A DNA stretch of 54,672 nt, counting the filler, from Bipalium vagum (Eukaryota), in assembly GCA_037834085.1 (NCBI GenBank). It is 3 parts of 3 records of this genome, joined end to end, with 100 filler letters (N's around TTAATTAATTAA, not from the genome) between each part and the next. Parts side by side here need not be neighbours in the genome. Positions count along the whole stretch, not along the records: positions 1 to 18,132 come from JBBMKC010039893.1; positions 18,233 to 38,409 come from JBBMKC010258544.1; 1 more part is not named here. One strand, given 5' to 3'. A model generated the notes under the pieces. It made no database searches, was not told the DNA's origin, and saw only the letters and a list, made by a program, of their open reading frames with translations. Below are positions 13,889 through 25,780 of the stretch, piece after piece; positions within the stretch are counted from its first letter, which is position 1; each line of letters begins with the position of its first letter. The position numbers and the translations under genes are program-made.

Positions 13889-14868
13889 CGTATTATATAC
13901 GTTTTGTTAGAAGTAATAAAACTGGTGTATAAGCTTAATTTTGTAATATTATTTATTATTTAAATAATTCAGTACGTCAAAAATTTGACCGGATTATTTT
14001 CAGTAACCAAATTTCAAAGAAAAACCAATCTATGATAGTCGAGTATATTTATTTCTTACGATATTAAAATTTAAAATATTTGATTATAATATGAAATATT
14101 CCTTTTATTTCTGCTCAGAATTTATTTATACAACTGGAAATTTAATTTACGTTTGGCAATTTTTATTTACTTTCCTTAGAAAATTTAAGCTGCTTCTTCT
14201 ACGTCTCAATATTTTATTTCGTGGAGAATTGGTGAATAAATAATATTTAATTCATAAATTATTAATTATTAATAATAAAACTTGGGAATATCGATAAAAT
14301 TTATTAATATTTCAGATGGGATTAATTTCTTTAGAACTTAATAAAAATAAAATTCTTGTTTGATAATTTTCCAAATATTAAATTACTTAAAATGCAAAAA
14401 AGAACGAAATTTTTAAGATTTTTGAAATTATAATATAAATTATAATTATTTTAAAATATTTTTAATTATTTTAATCTGTATAAACTTAATTTTAAAAAGT
14501 GAAAAATTTCTTGTTTAAATTTTCTACGAAAATTTCATTAAGAAAAACAAAAAATAACCAAAAATGTATATATGTAAAATATACATGATTTATTAATAAT
14601 AATAAATAATTATAATATATAATATAATATATTACATAGAATTAATAATATACTACCTAATTATTAATAGTTATTAATAACATTATTTTATATGATTTAT
14701 TAATAGCAATGCTTAGTTCACTGTTATTATTGTAACAATTACTTTTAATAAAATTTATGTCTATAATTTGATTTGTGGCCCAAATCTCAGTGAGCATATT
14801 TATTTTCTTATTAAGATATATCATAATGTAATGTATATCATAATGAAGAAAATATATGGTTTCAATTA

Positions 14869-15392
14869 CTAGACTGCCCGAAAAGTTCCTGGCCTGACTA
14901 TTAATAACAAGGCTAGTTAAAAACTTATATGCTTTATTATAAAGAACAATCATATAAATTAATGAATATAAAATTTTATTGATTTCGGTAAATTATTTTG
15001 TTTTACACAATCAATTTAAATATTTTTAATAGCTGCATTTTTGAAAATGAATAAATAGGAATTTAAGATATTAATAAAATATTGTTTTATGAAAGTTAAA
15101 AACACTACGGAAACCTAAGAAAATTTGGATGAGCATTATAGAAAATCAGTGACATCGTATTAAAAAATTGGTATTCAGGTTTCAAACGAGGTGAATGTTG
15201 TAGTGGTCATCCAATTGAGGGAACAATTTTTTTTCGCAATTTCAAAAGATTCAGTTCAAATGAGGAAATGAAACAGGACACAGAACAGTATTTTGGAGGA
15301 TTTCAGTCTACGTATTTTTTATAAGCATAGAAAAATTGAAAATCGCTGGTTTCATTGTATTGACAAGACCAGAAACTTTTCGGAGCATCTAG
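14869..15392 (+). mobile_element. Internally deleted mariner (524 bp)
   Basis: TA-flanked imperfect TIRs CTAGACTGCCCGAAAAGTTCCTGG / CCAGAAACTTTTCGGAGCATCTAG. Remnants WYSGFKRG and a C-terminal IEKL..NRWFHCI. Confidence 0.7.
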
Positions 15393-16554
15393 TAATTATG
15401 AGACCTTAATCAACAAAACTTCAAAATAAATATCATTATTACCATACAAACATTGATTGATTAAATATTCTCCATAAACCATTCTAAGTTATTTTTTAAA
15501 GTTTTTACAAAATTTATTAAACTTAATAATTTTGTATATATTCCATTACACAGCTTGTTATATAAATAACTAAATTATATTGATTTTCACTAAAATACAC
15601 ATTATATTATCTATGAAAGATTATAGTTATTCAAAATAGATTTCATGGGATTCGATTCAACATCTGATCCGGTCAGGTAATACATCCATAGATTTTTCAA
15701 AGTCATTTAAAGGAATTTTCTCAAGCCCCATGTCACCGCCACTTGAATAAGTTGAATAGAAGATCTCCAATGACAATTTTTTTGTCAACAATTAAAAAAC
15801 TTTTAGTCTTCATGAGGAGGAGCTTGATTTCATTATGGCCCAAAATTTTTAAGTAAAATAATATTTTCAATTAATCAAATAACCTTTAATCAGGTTACTT
15901 TTTAATCAATTACCTTTTTAAAACAAAAATAATTAAATCATTTGTTTACTGTTTAAAATAAACTGTATTTTGAAGAAAATAAAACCAAAATAAAAAATGT
16001 TTATTTTAAAAAAACATGTTCTTTTTACCCGATTTTGTTCTCTTTAAGCAAGTTCTCTAAAAGCGAAATCTACTGTATTATGGTTCTGTTACTTATATAA
16101 CTCGAATATATATATATAACGCCACGAAATTAGGCAACAACCTAATGCAAAAGAATAGTAATAAATATTTTCTCTAACCTTTTCACAACATGAGGATGAA
16201 AATTTTCAGCCAATTGCATTAGCTTTACTTAAAATCTATGCCATTATTCTTTTATTTGTTTAAATTATTTGATTATTTCTTTGCAATTTAAAATTAATAT
16301 ATAAAAATTGAAAATAAAATTAAAATAAATATTATGAAGTGCTTAAAATTACCTTCATTAATAAATTTATTTATTTATTACGGATTTACATCAATTAATG
16401 TTAATAAAATGTACAGACAAATATTTCTACACTTGCAAATTCGTAGTGAATTTTAATCAAACGATTTTACAAATGACAAATGTGACACAAGACTAAAACG
16501 AAAACTCAGAAAAAAGAGAGAGAGATGGAAAATGGAAATGGTATGACGTTGGTA

Positions 16555-17766
16555 TCAAACGTCGTCGGGAAGAACTTGGAGAATCGATTTCTTCTTTGAC
16601 CCCACCGTTTGGCGACGAATACTCGTTTCCGTCTTGTTGACGTCCTGGCTCAGACGTAATTTACAGTAGGAATTATTTGTGGAATTATTGATTTCGGATT
16701 CTAGCGTTGGGATCATTCTCAGGAACAAGAGAAGACGAGATCGAAATTGTTGACTCGAGGCCAAGTAAAAGACAATGTTGAAACAGTAATGCAAAACACT
16801 AAGTATATCAATGATATCTTTGACCAGATGGAATTGGAAATGTTTCTTCCATGTTGGATCTTCCTTTATGTTCTTCATGGACAATGAGGTGTTTCCTTCA
16901 TTGATGAAATTCTGGCCGATATACATGATACCAACGGGCAATGTTGTGAGAATATGGAAAAACGATACTATTAACAAAGTGGTTGTGGTCGATCGAAACG
17001 AGATGGTATTATTTTGAGAATTGTTAAGGGTTTTCGTTTCTCGTCTTGTTTTTTCAATGGAACTGTCGCTGTTTTGGTTTTTCTGTACGAGTTTCAAACC
17101 ATTGGTATCGTGTTCGGAAATACGGTACACCTCAGTGATTACTCGTATATTTAGTCCTAGTGTTAATATGGGTATCAAGATTCCCATTAAAGATTCCAAT
17201 GTCGTTTGATAGAAAATGACGAAGGAGTTGTTTCTCAATTCAATCAGAAACTGACAATTTGGTATGTGGTACCAAAGAAAATTTTCCGGTAAAGTGCACA
17301 GAAACACCGTTACAAATATCAAGCCGCAGGCCATCCAGGCCCGATTTTCCGTACACCATTGCTCTCGTCTAAACGGATAACAAACGGCAATCCATCTTTC
17401 GAGAGTAAATCCGAAAACCAATGGCAGAGAATTGTATTGAAAGAATAGATAAGCATGGTGATATATTTTGCAAATACTGGCAAAGTCCAAGATACTTAAG
17501 CCCAAAGTCGTAGTCAAATAATAAATAATGTTGAGCATAATGACGAAGAAGTCATTAAATGACAACATTGCCATATAAATGGCTGAGGAGTTGTTTCGTC
17601 GAACTTTTCTCGAAATCCATACGGCAAAAGATATAGGATTTCCCAGTATCCCGACGGCCAGAAAGAATGGCAATATGTAGAGCTGCAACTGATAGGAGAC
17701 TGGAATGAAAAGTCGGCGGAATTCCTTTCCACTGATGTCATTTATGTTGAATTTGGTCTCATTCAT
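16555..17766 (-). CDS. Class A (rhodopsin-like) GPCR, FMRFamide/peptide-receptor-like orphan, intronless CDS, 403 aa
   Basis: Seven hydrophobic segments with TM1 GILGN, TM2 LSFND, TM3-start Cys and FTLERWIAVCYPF, TM4 LPE, TM6 TTLP and TM7 NIVFY (NPxxY variant). N-terminal N-glycosylation sequon NET. GC content is raised relative to the flanks. Confidence 0.93.
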   Translation of the reverse strand: MNETKFNINDISGKEFRRLFIPVSYQLQLYILPFFLAVGILGNPISFAVWISRKVRRNNSSAIYMAMLSFNDFFVIMLNIIYYLTTTLGLSILDFASICKIYHHAYLFFQYNSLPLVFGFTLERWIAVCYPFRREQWCTENRAWMACGLIFVTVFLCTLPENFLWYHIPNCQFLIELRNNSFVIFYQTTLESLMGILIPILTLGLNIRVITEVYRISEHDTNGLKLVQKNQNSDSSIEKTRRETKTLNNSQNNTISFRSTTTTLLIVSFFHILTTLPVGIMYIGQNFINEGNTSLSMKNIKEDPTWKKHFQFHLVKDIIDILSVLHYCFNIVFYLASSQQFRSRLLLFLRMIPTLESEINNSTNNSYCKLRLSQDVNKTETSIRRQTVGSKKKSILQVLPDDV

Positions 17767-18039
17767 TTTTCTTTGACAAATCTAAGTCCTGAAATCATTG
17801 GAAAAATTGTTTCAATATTAAAATGAACATTAATCTGTCAGGAAAGGGCTCAATAACCGAGTCCAAATGAATTTAATAATAAATTACCATAATAAACTTT
17901 AGGACAAAACCCTGGGGACAAAATCAATTTAAGTAATTTACATTATCGAAATACATAAAAATCTCAAATCAATAACAACTGATTTTTATAGAATGGAACT
18001 ATTTTTACTGTTTTTATTTAACTATTTTAAAAGATTTAT

Positions 18040-18079
18040 AATTGTTATTATTATAATTATTATTATAATTATAATTATA

Positions 18080-18132
<53 letters not shown>
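18040..18132. repeat. (ATT)n / (ATAATT)n microsatellite running into an assembly gap
   Basis: Directly visible tandem ATT units. Confidence 0.9.
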
Positions 18133-18232
18133 NNNNNNNNNNNNNNNNNNNNNNNNNNNNNNNNNNNNNNNNNNNNTTAATTAATTAANNNNNNNNNNNN
18201 NNNNNNNNNNNNNNNNNNNNNNNNNNNNNNNN
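18133..18232. other. Assembly gap with artificial linker (44 N + TTAATTAATTAA + 44 N)
   Basis: The same 100-nt construct recurs at 38410-38509. The linker has stop codons in all six frames. Confidence 0.95.
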
Positions 18233-18569
18233 AATATAATTTAAAAATATGTTATATTTGATTACATTATTTAAATATCTTTACAAAAAGTTAATATTTA
18301 AACAACTATATTAAATTGAAATATATATCAAAATTAGTATTTTTGATAGGAGGTGAACAGACTTTTTATGCGCACTGTAATTACCTAAAAATAATTTATA
18401 TTTAATTTTAAAATATTTTCAAAATAATAATTTTCGTAAATATGAAAATAAATTTTTAATTTTCTTTTATAAAATTAACTTATATTGACATAGGATTTAT
18501 AGGGATGTTTTCATTTAATAACTATTTACCTGAATTTCAAAGTTTCTTTAAGGAATAATTTCTCTGCAG

Positions 18570-19290
18570 CTAAAAATACTGTTTGTTGTAGTTCCTGTTT
18601 ATAAAATTTTCCTGTATCTCGTCATTTAAATCTATTAATTCATAAATTAAAGGGGTTGTTTTTAAAACCTTATTGATTATAAATATTTTCTTCAATCCAT
18701 TTAGCTGTATAACTCCTATCAAATGTTTTTTATATTTAAAATTTTTTTCATGATCTCCAATATTATAATTTGGTTTTTGTTTCCAAATTATTGCTGAGAA
18801 ATTTTTATTTTTATGTTCATCTTTTACTTTCAATTTTTCTGGATATTTACTAGCTTCATTAGGAGTAATTCCAATTGATGAATAAATTTTATTGTTATAA
18901 ATATTTATTAAATTTGGTAATAAGCTTAACTATTTTCTGTTTCCTTGTTCCTTTTAAACAACATATTCTTCAAAGTTTTATTAAATCTTTCTATAACAAC
19001 AGCTTTCCCTTCATTCTATATTGAATAGATTTCTATTTCATTATCATCACAAAAATTATCAAATGTTATCATTATTAAATTTTAGTACCTTTATCAACCC
19101 AAAGTTTTAAAAGTTTTCTTTAGTAGTCTCCAATTATTTCATCAAGAGCTTCTATTATAGATTTTCCAGTTTTGTGTTTAAAGGAACGAAAGTTAAATAT
19201 GCACTCAAAATATCTTTATTATTAACTTCGACTTTTAAAAATTGTTTAGGTTTTTTAAGTTCTTTATAAAGTTCATTTGCTAATTGTTTT
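18570..19290 (-). pseudogene. Polinton/Maverick (adintovirus-type) retroviral-like integrase pseudogene
   Basis: Fragments QLANELYKELKKPKQFLKVEV, KHKTGKSIIEALDEII, KLWVDKGT, IYSI*NEGKAVVIERFNKTL, YNNKIYSSIGITPNEAS, PNYNIGD and IFIINKVLKTTPLIYELIDLNDEI follow the Polinton integrase motifs in the expected order. Disrupted by stops and frameshifts. Confidence 0.85.
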
Positions 19291-19329
19291 TTATTTTCTT
19301 GTTTTAATTCTTCTTTGCCTTCAAATAGC

Positions 19330-19660
19330 TTTTCATTCTCTTGAAAGACCTACTTTTTTGGAAGCTACTTTTCCTTGGATAATTAATTTTATTATCAGTC
19401 TCTCAAGTTTTGGATTTTTGATATCTACATCTGCAACATTACGATCTTATAAATCTGTTGACATGAATTTTATATCATGTTTCATTGCTTCTTGGAATGG
19501 AATCAAGTTTTGGAATAAAGGGAATATTTTTATTTTTTAAAACTAATAATAATTTTCATAATCTTCTAATCTTTTATCAATATTTGTTCCTTGTGCACAG
19601 CATTTGTTTTAGTAAAAGAGTTTAAAGATTTTACATGTAATTCACCTGGATATTTTCATG
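19330..19660 (-). pseudogene. Parvovirus-VP1u-like phospholipase A2 (PLA2X) pseudogene of a Polinton/adintovirus
   Basis: KYPGELHVK...CCAQGTNIDKRLED...KLDSI...DIKFMSTDL*DRNVAD resembles ELHxxxYxYCGPGTxxxKRL...LDxxxxxHDIxY...RxxAD. It lies directly upstream of the integrase on the same strand. Confidence 0.7.
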
Positions 19661-22020
19661 TTGTAAATTTTTCTAAAAATTTTCTCCTCCAGTTTTAAAG
19701 TAAATATGGATAATTTTTCTTTTATTTTTTTATTAGTACTTTTATTAGTCTTTCATTAATACTTAAAAATTTTTTTTAAACTTCATGTTTGTATTTAAAT
19801 GTTTGCTCTTATTATATTTTGAAATACTTTTATTACAAACTTCACAAAAGTATTTTTCATCAGTCTTTTTTCGATATTGAGGTATTGCAGTTTTCGGTAT
19901 TCAAAAGTAGAAAAAAATCAAAATAAATTGGACTTTTTCGATATTTGGTATCCATAAAATTTATAAAATTCATAAAACTGAAAAAACCAAATTGGTTTAT
20001 TCGATATTCAATATTCGTTATTGAAAAAAAATCAAGATCAAATTTGTTAGCTTGCATATTGAAAAAATCAAAATCAAATTTATGGGATTTTGGTGATGGT
20101 CACAATCTTTCATTGAGCTTTAATAAAATTAATCATGAAGAGCAAGATTAGAATTAGAATTAGTAAGAGCAAGTAAAAATATTGCTATTGACAAAAAATG
20201 AAAACTGATATAAAATATTTTTTTTAAAAATGTAGAAAAAGTAAAATCGAAATAAGTATAAAAGTTCTTTAACACGTAAAAATGATTAAGAAATTTTAAC
20301 ACCATTTCATATTTATTAATTTATTATCCTATTTTTAGATTAGTTTAAAATTTTATAATTCAAAGTTTTTTTTGCATAAAGTTTTCAAGTAATAATAAAA
20401 TTTGAAATTCATTTAAAATCATTTTTTCAATAATTAAGGCATTTGCTGCTCAATATTAAATAATTTTTCTGCTTGATATATTGATCATAGATTACATATA
20501 TTACATTTTGTCCCTTTTACTTTATTGAAGATTTTAATTCAATTTGAACAAACAAACTATTAATTTTTGAAAATTCTAAATCTTAAATCAATTAAAAATA
20601 AATAAATCGGTATATTATATAATTTTAAAGTTTGGGTTGCTTCTTTTGAACAGTTTCTAAAGGAACTATTAATAATGATACTTTTAGAAAAAAAATTTAA
20701 TTAAATTAATAAATTTTAATGAGACAATAAACAATGAAAAATATTATAAAATGAAGAACAAAAGAATTGAAGAACTGCTTTAATTTTTTATCATTTTTTA
20801 CTACTGTGCATCGTTTAATTAAAAATAAATGAGTTTTATTTTTTAAGTTTCACATATATTATCTCTATTTCATTAATAAAATATACATTAAATGATTTAA
20901 TTAAAATATAATTTTTATATTTATTTTATAGTTTATTACTAGATAATATAATTACTAGATATAATAATTACTAGAAGATATAATAACCGGATTTTTTACA
21001 AACATTAAAAAATTTCGAGTTTCTTTTAAAACTGATTCTTATTATATTTAATATATTAATGTGTCTATATTACATATATTTAGATTTCACTTCCGAATTA
21101 ATTTAAGTTCCATCCTGTGGAGAATAAAAAAAATAATATTGAGAAAATAAATTTGAATTTTCATTGTCATAAAGAAACTTTATTTTCTATTTAAAATCAG
21201 AGATATCGTGAAACCACAAATATATTTTCAAAAACTAAATCACCTCAGTTCCATTAGTTGTAGCCTTGTGTTCATGGTTTTAGAAAATTTGTTTTTAATT
21301 AATTTAACTTTTCGTACATTTTAGATTGATCACAGTGAGTTACAGAATACTTATAAATTTATAGAGAATGACGATTTTTTGACTTAATTTTATTCAAATA
21401 TGTTGAACATAGGTATTTTTGATTGTTTTAACATAATAAAAAATTTTTTTTGTAAAGTGAAATACTTCGGTTATAATATTTATAAGAAAATATCGAATTT
21501 GTAAATATCTTTATATTATTTTTTTTTCCAAAGATTAAAAAAATTAATGCATTATACAATATATTTTTCCAATACAAACAAGTAGACATTAGCCTTTTTC
21601 AACATTTCTATATTACAAGACAAAATAAAGTTACTTTTAAAAATTGACGATCTAAATAAAATAGTCATTTCGAAATTAAATTTATAATTCTTATTATTTT
21701 TTTATATAATTTCATAAAAATCGAAATCGATACTGTTTTCACTTTAAGAAAACATGTTAAAAATTATTTAAAGTTTTATGCATAAATAAATTTATCCTTG
21801 AAATATTGTTTAAGTAATTTATTGATTTCAATTTTAAATGAAAATTCGTTTAATTTTACGCATTGTACATAAACAAAAAAAAACCGATAAAACAACACTT
21901 GTTTTACAAAAAAATATATTTATCTCATAAATATATTTACAATTGCAGTGAAATTACTCTTTCAATCAATTCTTAAATACCACAGAAACTAAAAATGGGG
22001 GTCATGTTATCCGAAAGGTA

Positions 22021-23487
22021 TCATTTTGAAGAATTGTCTTTTTTCTCGACCAACTTTCCGGTTTTGTGGTAACCCCTGACATATTGTAACGACAATTGAA
22101 TCAGTGACGAAATATCTGAGTTGATTAGTAACGAATACAAATTGTTTTCCAGCTTTGTGACTTGTCGAACTGACAGCTGTACGGATTTGAGCCGAGCAAT
22201 CACGATTTCGTATCCGTGATCTGATAGTCCCTCAATTCTGATTCCGTTTCCCGTAATGTAAACAACACAAGTCAAACCAACGATAAGACTGGAAATAAAG
22301 ATGCAATCAAAGATGTTACGGTCTCGTTCGTCGAGAGGGAACTTGAGTGAAAAACGAATGGTAAAATTGATGAACAAGAGAAATACATTCAGTTCCACTC
22401 GTAACTGTTGGTCGTTCAAAAGGGTTGGGTGAGCACGGTTGGAAATTCCACAACGGTGGATAATATAATTGGTCATTTCGTCAATTGCGCTGAATTTTAA
22501 GGTGGATCTGTTAACCTCAGTTTCCTCGTCACTAATTTCAATGATTTCCATTGCTGCCGGTTCCAATCGATTGGACTTTGTATTATTATTTGGAGACGGT
22601 GGCTTCGAAGAATGACAAGAATTATTCGCGCTCTTTTTATCACTATTGATCAAAGACGATTGGTCGATAACTTTGGGAAAGTTATGGGGTTTCTTTGAGG
22701 ATTTATTAACTGGTACTCCATTGGTTTTCTGACTACTCTCCAGGGGTGGTACAGGAGGGATGTTGTTTTTCTGATTACTGTCGTTAAAACATCGTTTTTC
22801 CATTTTTTCTCTCTCGAGAATATCTGAAATAAGTTTGTCTGCCTTTTCATAATCTAAACTCGTTTCCGAATGGATCATCCGTATGAATGGTTCCAAGAGA
22901 ATATCACGACTGGCAAATTCTCTGAAAATGGCCTCTTCATCCTCGGGCTCCAAAAAGCCGACTTTACTGAAATTTTTTTTCTCCGCAACCTGCTTTTCTG
23001 ATTGTTTTTTCCAATAATCTTCGGTTTTGCGAACGGGTTTTTCACTGTATATCACCTCTTGACATATTTCTCGCAAACTTTTTTTATTTTCGTTCAAGAC
23101 AATGCGAAAAAAAAATTCTACTCTGTGATTTGTGAATATTTGATTCTTTTTGTTGTATAAATAATTTACTATTTGCTCACGTAGACTGCGAAAGTGAAGT
23201 TCTTCGCCGTCAGCAAGAAGATCAAGTGCTCCGTAAAGCTTGTTTTTTCCGACTAACTTTGAGTTATTGATAACGTTGAAATTAACATTTACTTTTTCAT
23301 AAATTTTCTGAAGTTTAGGAGCCAAAAGATTGGTATCAAGGTGCAGTTCTTTTTTCATGTTATCCTTATATTTCTTGTGATAAACGAGTATATTTTCAAG
23401 AAAAATCATATCTTCATCATCAATATAATCTGTATTTTCAGATAGCTTTTCTAAAGAATAAACTTTTCTTGAATATCGACTTCGCAT
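22021..23487 (-). CDS. Uncharacterised 488-aa protein with a degenerate OTU-like segment and a low-complexity S/N/P-rich linker
   Basis: Uninterrupted 1467-nt ORF with raised GC. GKNKLYGALDLLADGEELHFRSLREQIVNYL resembles the OTU Cys-box/helix motif GDGNCLFRALxxxxxGxxxxHxxLRxxIVxYL but lacks the Cys. A T-tract/CAG acceptor lies 1 nt before the ATG, so this may be a downstream exon. Confidence 0.8.
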   Translation of the reverse strand: MRSRYSRKVYSLEKLSENTDYIDDEDMIFLENILVYHKKYKDNMKKELHLDTNLLAPKLQKIYEKVNVNFNVINNSKLVGKNKLYGALDLLADGEELHFRSLREQIVNYLYNKKNQIFTNHRVEFFFRIVLNENKKSLREICQEVIYSEKPVRKTEDYWKKQSEKQVAEKKNFSKVGFLEPEDEEAIFREFASRDILLEPFIRMIHSETSLDYEKADKLISDILEREKMEKRCFNDSNQKNNIPPVPPLESSQKTNGVPVNKSSKKPHNFPKVIDQSSLINSDKKSANNSCHSSKPPSPNNNTKSNRLEPAAMEIIEISDEETEVNRSTLKFSAIDEMTNYIIHRCGISNRAHPTLLNDQQLRVELNVFLLFINFTIRFSLKFPLDERDRNIFDCIFISSLIVGLTCVVYITGNGIRIEGLSDHGYEIVIARLKSVQLSVRQVTKLENNLYSLLINSDISSLIQLSLQYVRGYHKTGKLVEKKDNSSK

Positions 23488-24488
23488 TCTGAATAAAAAA
23501 ATAAAAATAAATTAAAAGAACTTTATTGAACAAAAAAAATAACAAGTTAAAATTTTAAAAAAATAAAAATATTCTATAAATATTAAAACAAAATTTATTA
23601 ATTATTTTTAACATTTTTTTAATCTTACGAACCAAATTATAATTGAAAATAATTTGGCTTAGTGTTAACAATGACTGTTTTGTTTATAATTATATATTTA
23701 TTTAAAAAATATATAATTATCTTTAAATAGTAAAAATTCAAATATTTTTTTACATCTTTACTTAGTTTAAGCATCAAATAGTTTATACTTAAAAAATAAT
23801 TTATGCGACATTTATGGATATATAATCACTTACAAAACTGGTGTACAAATTAAATTAAAAATTAAAAAGCTCTTGGTAAGAATTTAATATTTTAGTAACT
23901 TATTTTGGAACATCTAATATAAATTAAAAAAGTATATTAAAATATTTTTTAAAAATATTATAAAAAACAACAATTTTTGAATTTTCACTATTAGCAATAC
24001 AGTTAAACAAATATGTCATGTAATGTTATTTATTACGTTTTAAATAAGTTAATAAAAATATTTAATTTTGTATTTTTTGAATAATTATATAAAGATTTTT
24101 TTATAAAATTATAAATTAGTTATAAATTAAAATCTTAATTATCAAAGAGAATACATAAATTAGTTAAATATTTAATTTTAATTTTAAATCAAAATATATA
24201 GAAAATATTATTAGACATCCTTAAAATGTTTATAAATTTATTTTAATTTTTTTTATTTTATGAATGAATTTTAAAAACTTTATACATATTTTAAAAATAT
24301 ATGTGATAGTAAAAATCTAGAAAAGAAGCTAATATTTGATGGTGAAAGTTTTGAAGAAAATTAAGATTTTAATTTTATCTAATTCATGAATTAAAAATTA
24401 AATAAAAGATTAATAAAAGAAGAATTTAAATTTCATGATAGAAATTTATTAATTTTAGAAAAAGTAATGTTAAAAATTTCATAACATA

Positions 24489-24604
24489 CCGGTTTTCCAT
24501 GAAAATAAGCCCCAGGATTATTCTTGTAAAATCAACCTTTTTTAAGAAAAAATTCCAAAAATAAAGTTTTATTTTAAAGTGGGTTTACTTTTGGGGAAAT
24601 CCGA
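24489..24604. mobile_element. Small pogo/Tc2-like MITE (116 bp)
   Basis: TA-flanked imperfect inverted repeats CCGGTTTTCCATGAAAATAAGCCC / GGGTTTACTTTTGGGGAAATCCGA. Confidence 0.55.
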
Positions 24605-25349
24605 TAATGTTTTTTTAAAATGAAATATCTTTCTATATCCAAAACTTAATAAACTTTAACCCTTTGTATGAACTTGAATCCACTCCTTCTCTTATAGGTA
24701 GTACTAAAAATCAACTAATAATATGTTCAAGTTACACTCATTAGAATAAAATATGTTACAATAATCAAATCAACATATAATGAATGAAGACTGTTATCAA
24801 TTCTTAAGTACCACTATGAGATACTTCAGGACACAAGACCGTCAGTCAAACCCAACGGGTGGTTCGAAGGCCGTTGATTTCATGGGAAGCAAATTAGAAC
24901 CTTTTGGATCATAGTTCAACAATTGAAACAATAAATATAATTGATAATAATTTCTTCAATCAACGAAATTTTTCTGACAGGGTGCTTTTTTAAACAAATA
25001 AAGTTATAGTTTTTCAGTTATTTCAAAGTATTTTTTGAGGATTTAGCTATTAGCGCCGGCCTATATTGCCAACAAACCAATAGAATGTACGTGGCTATCC
25101 ATCAACGATATTCGGCTTTAAGCAATCGAAAAAGAGTAAATCTTTAGAAAGATAATGTTAAGCCACATAAGGGTATTTTAGCTAAAACAAAAAATAGCCT
25201 AGATAATGAAATCATGCCACATTTAATAAACAGTTTTTATTCAAGGATAGGATTTTGTTTATCAGAAACCATATAATAAAACAAAGTTACGAAGATTATT
25301 TTCAAATTTTAAATCGAGAAATTTTGATTTAGAACATGGTCAAAAATAA

Positions 25350-25780
25350 GAAAGGTTAACAGCCATAGATGACCAAGTCCTTCAAGATTTGGCATAGTAA
25401 TAATGATTTTTGGAATTATACTGTCTCCAAAATTATTTAACTTTTGAATATTGTTTTAACATATGGATCAGCATTATCACGATTTCATCAAACTGCAGTT
25501 CGTAAAAGATGGGAAAAGTAAGTTCAGTCAATTTTGTAATCATTAATTTTCGTTCTTCGAAGACATGCAGACCTCATGGTATAGACTAAATCATCCAAAT
25601 TTCGATTTTCGGAGTCTCGCTTGGCAACAACAGTTATTATCATTATCTTCTGGATATTAACCTTGCTTCCTTTTTTCTTCCTTGGACTATTATCATGATA
25701 TCTTTCACGATTTAAGGGATACAACTCGAACCATTTTTCGTCAATATTCCCATAATTGTCCAATGTATTATATCTGTATG
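25350..25780 (-). mobile_element. DD39D-like mariner transposase remnant
   Basis: NIDEKWFEL...KIMIITVVAKR and a downstream DNADPY resemble HIDEKWFY...KVMFLxAVARP...QDNAxPH of the DD39D family. Confidence 0.55.

Noticed and set aside
17993-18184. Poly-isoleucine ORF
   Set aside because: Translation of the (ATT)n microsatellite and gap.
18177-18188. Perfect palindromic TTAATTAATTAA, repeated at 38454-38465
   Set aside because: Centred in identical 44-N flanks, so it is a scaffolding linker and not biological.
24835-24900. GC-richer patch with GGTTCGAAGGC (Pol III B-box-like)
   Set aside because: No A-box at a suitable distance and no cloverleaf found, so a tRNA or SINE cannot be supported.
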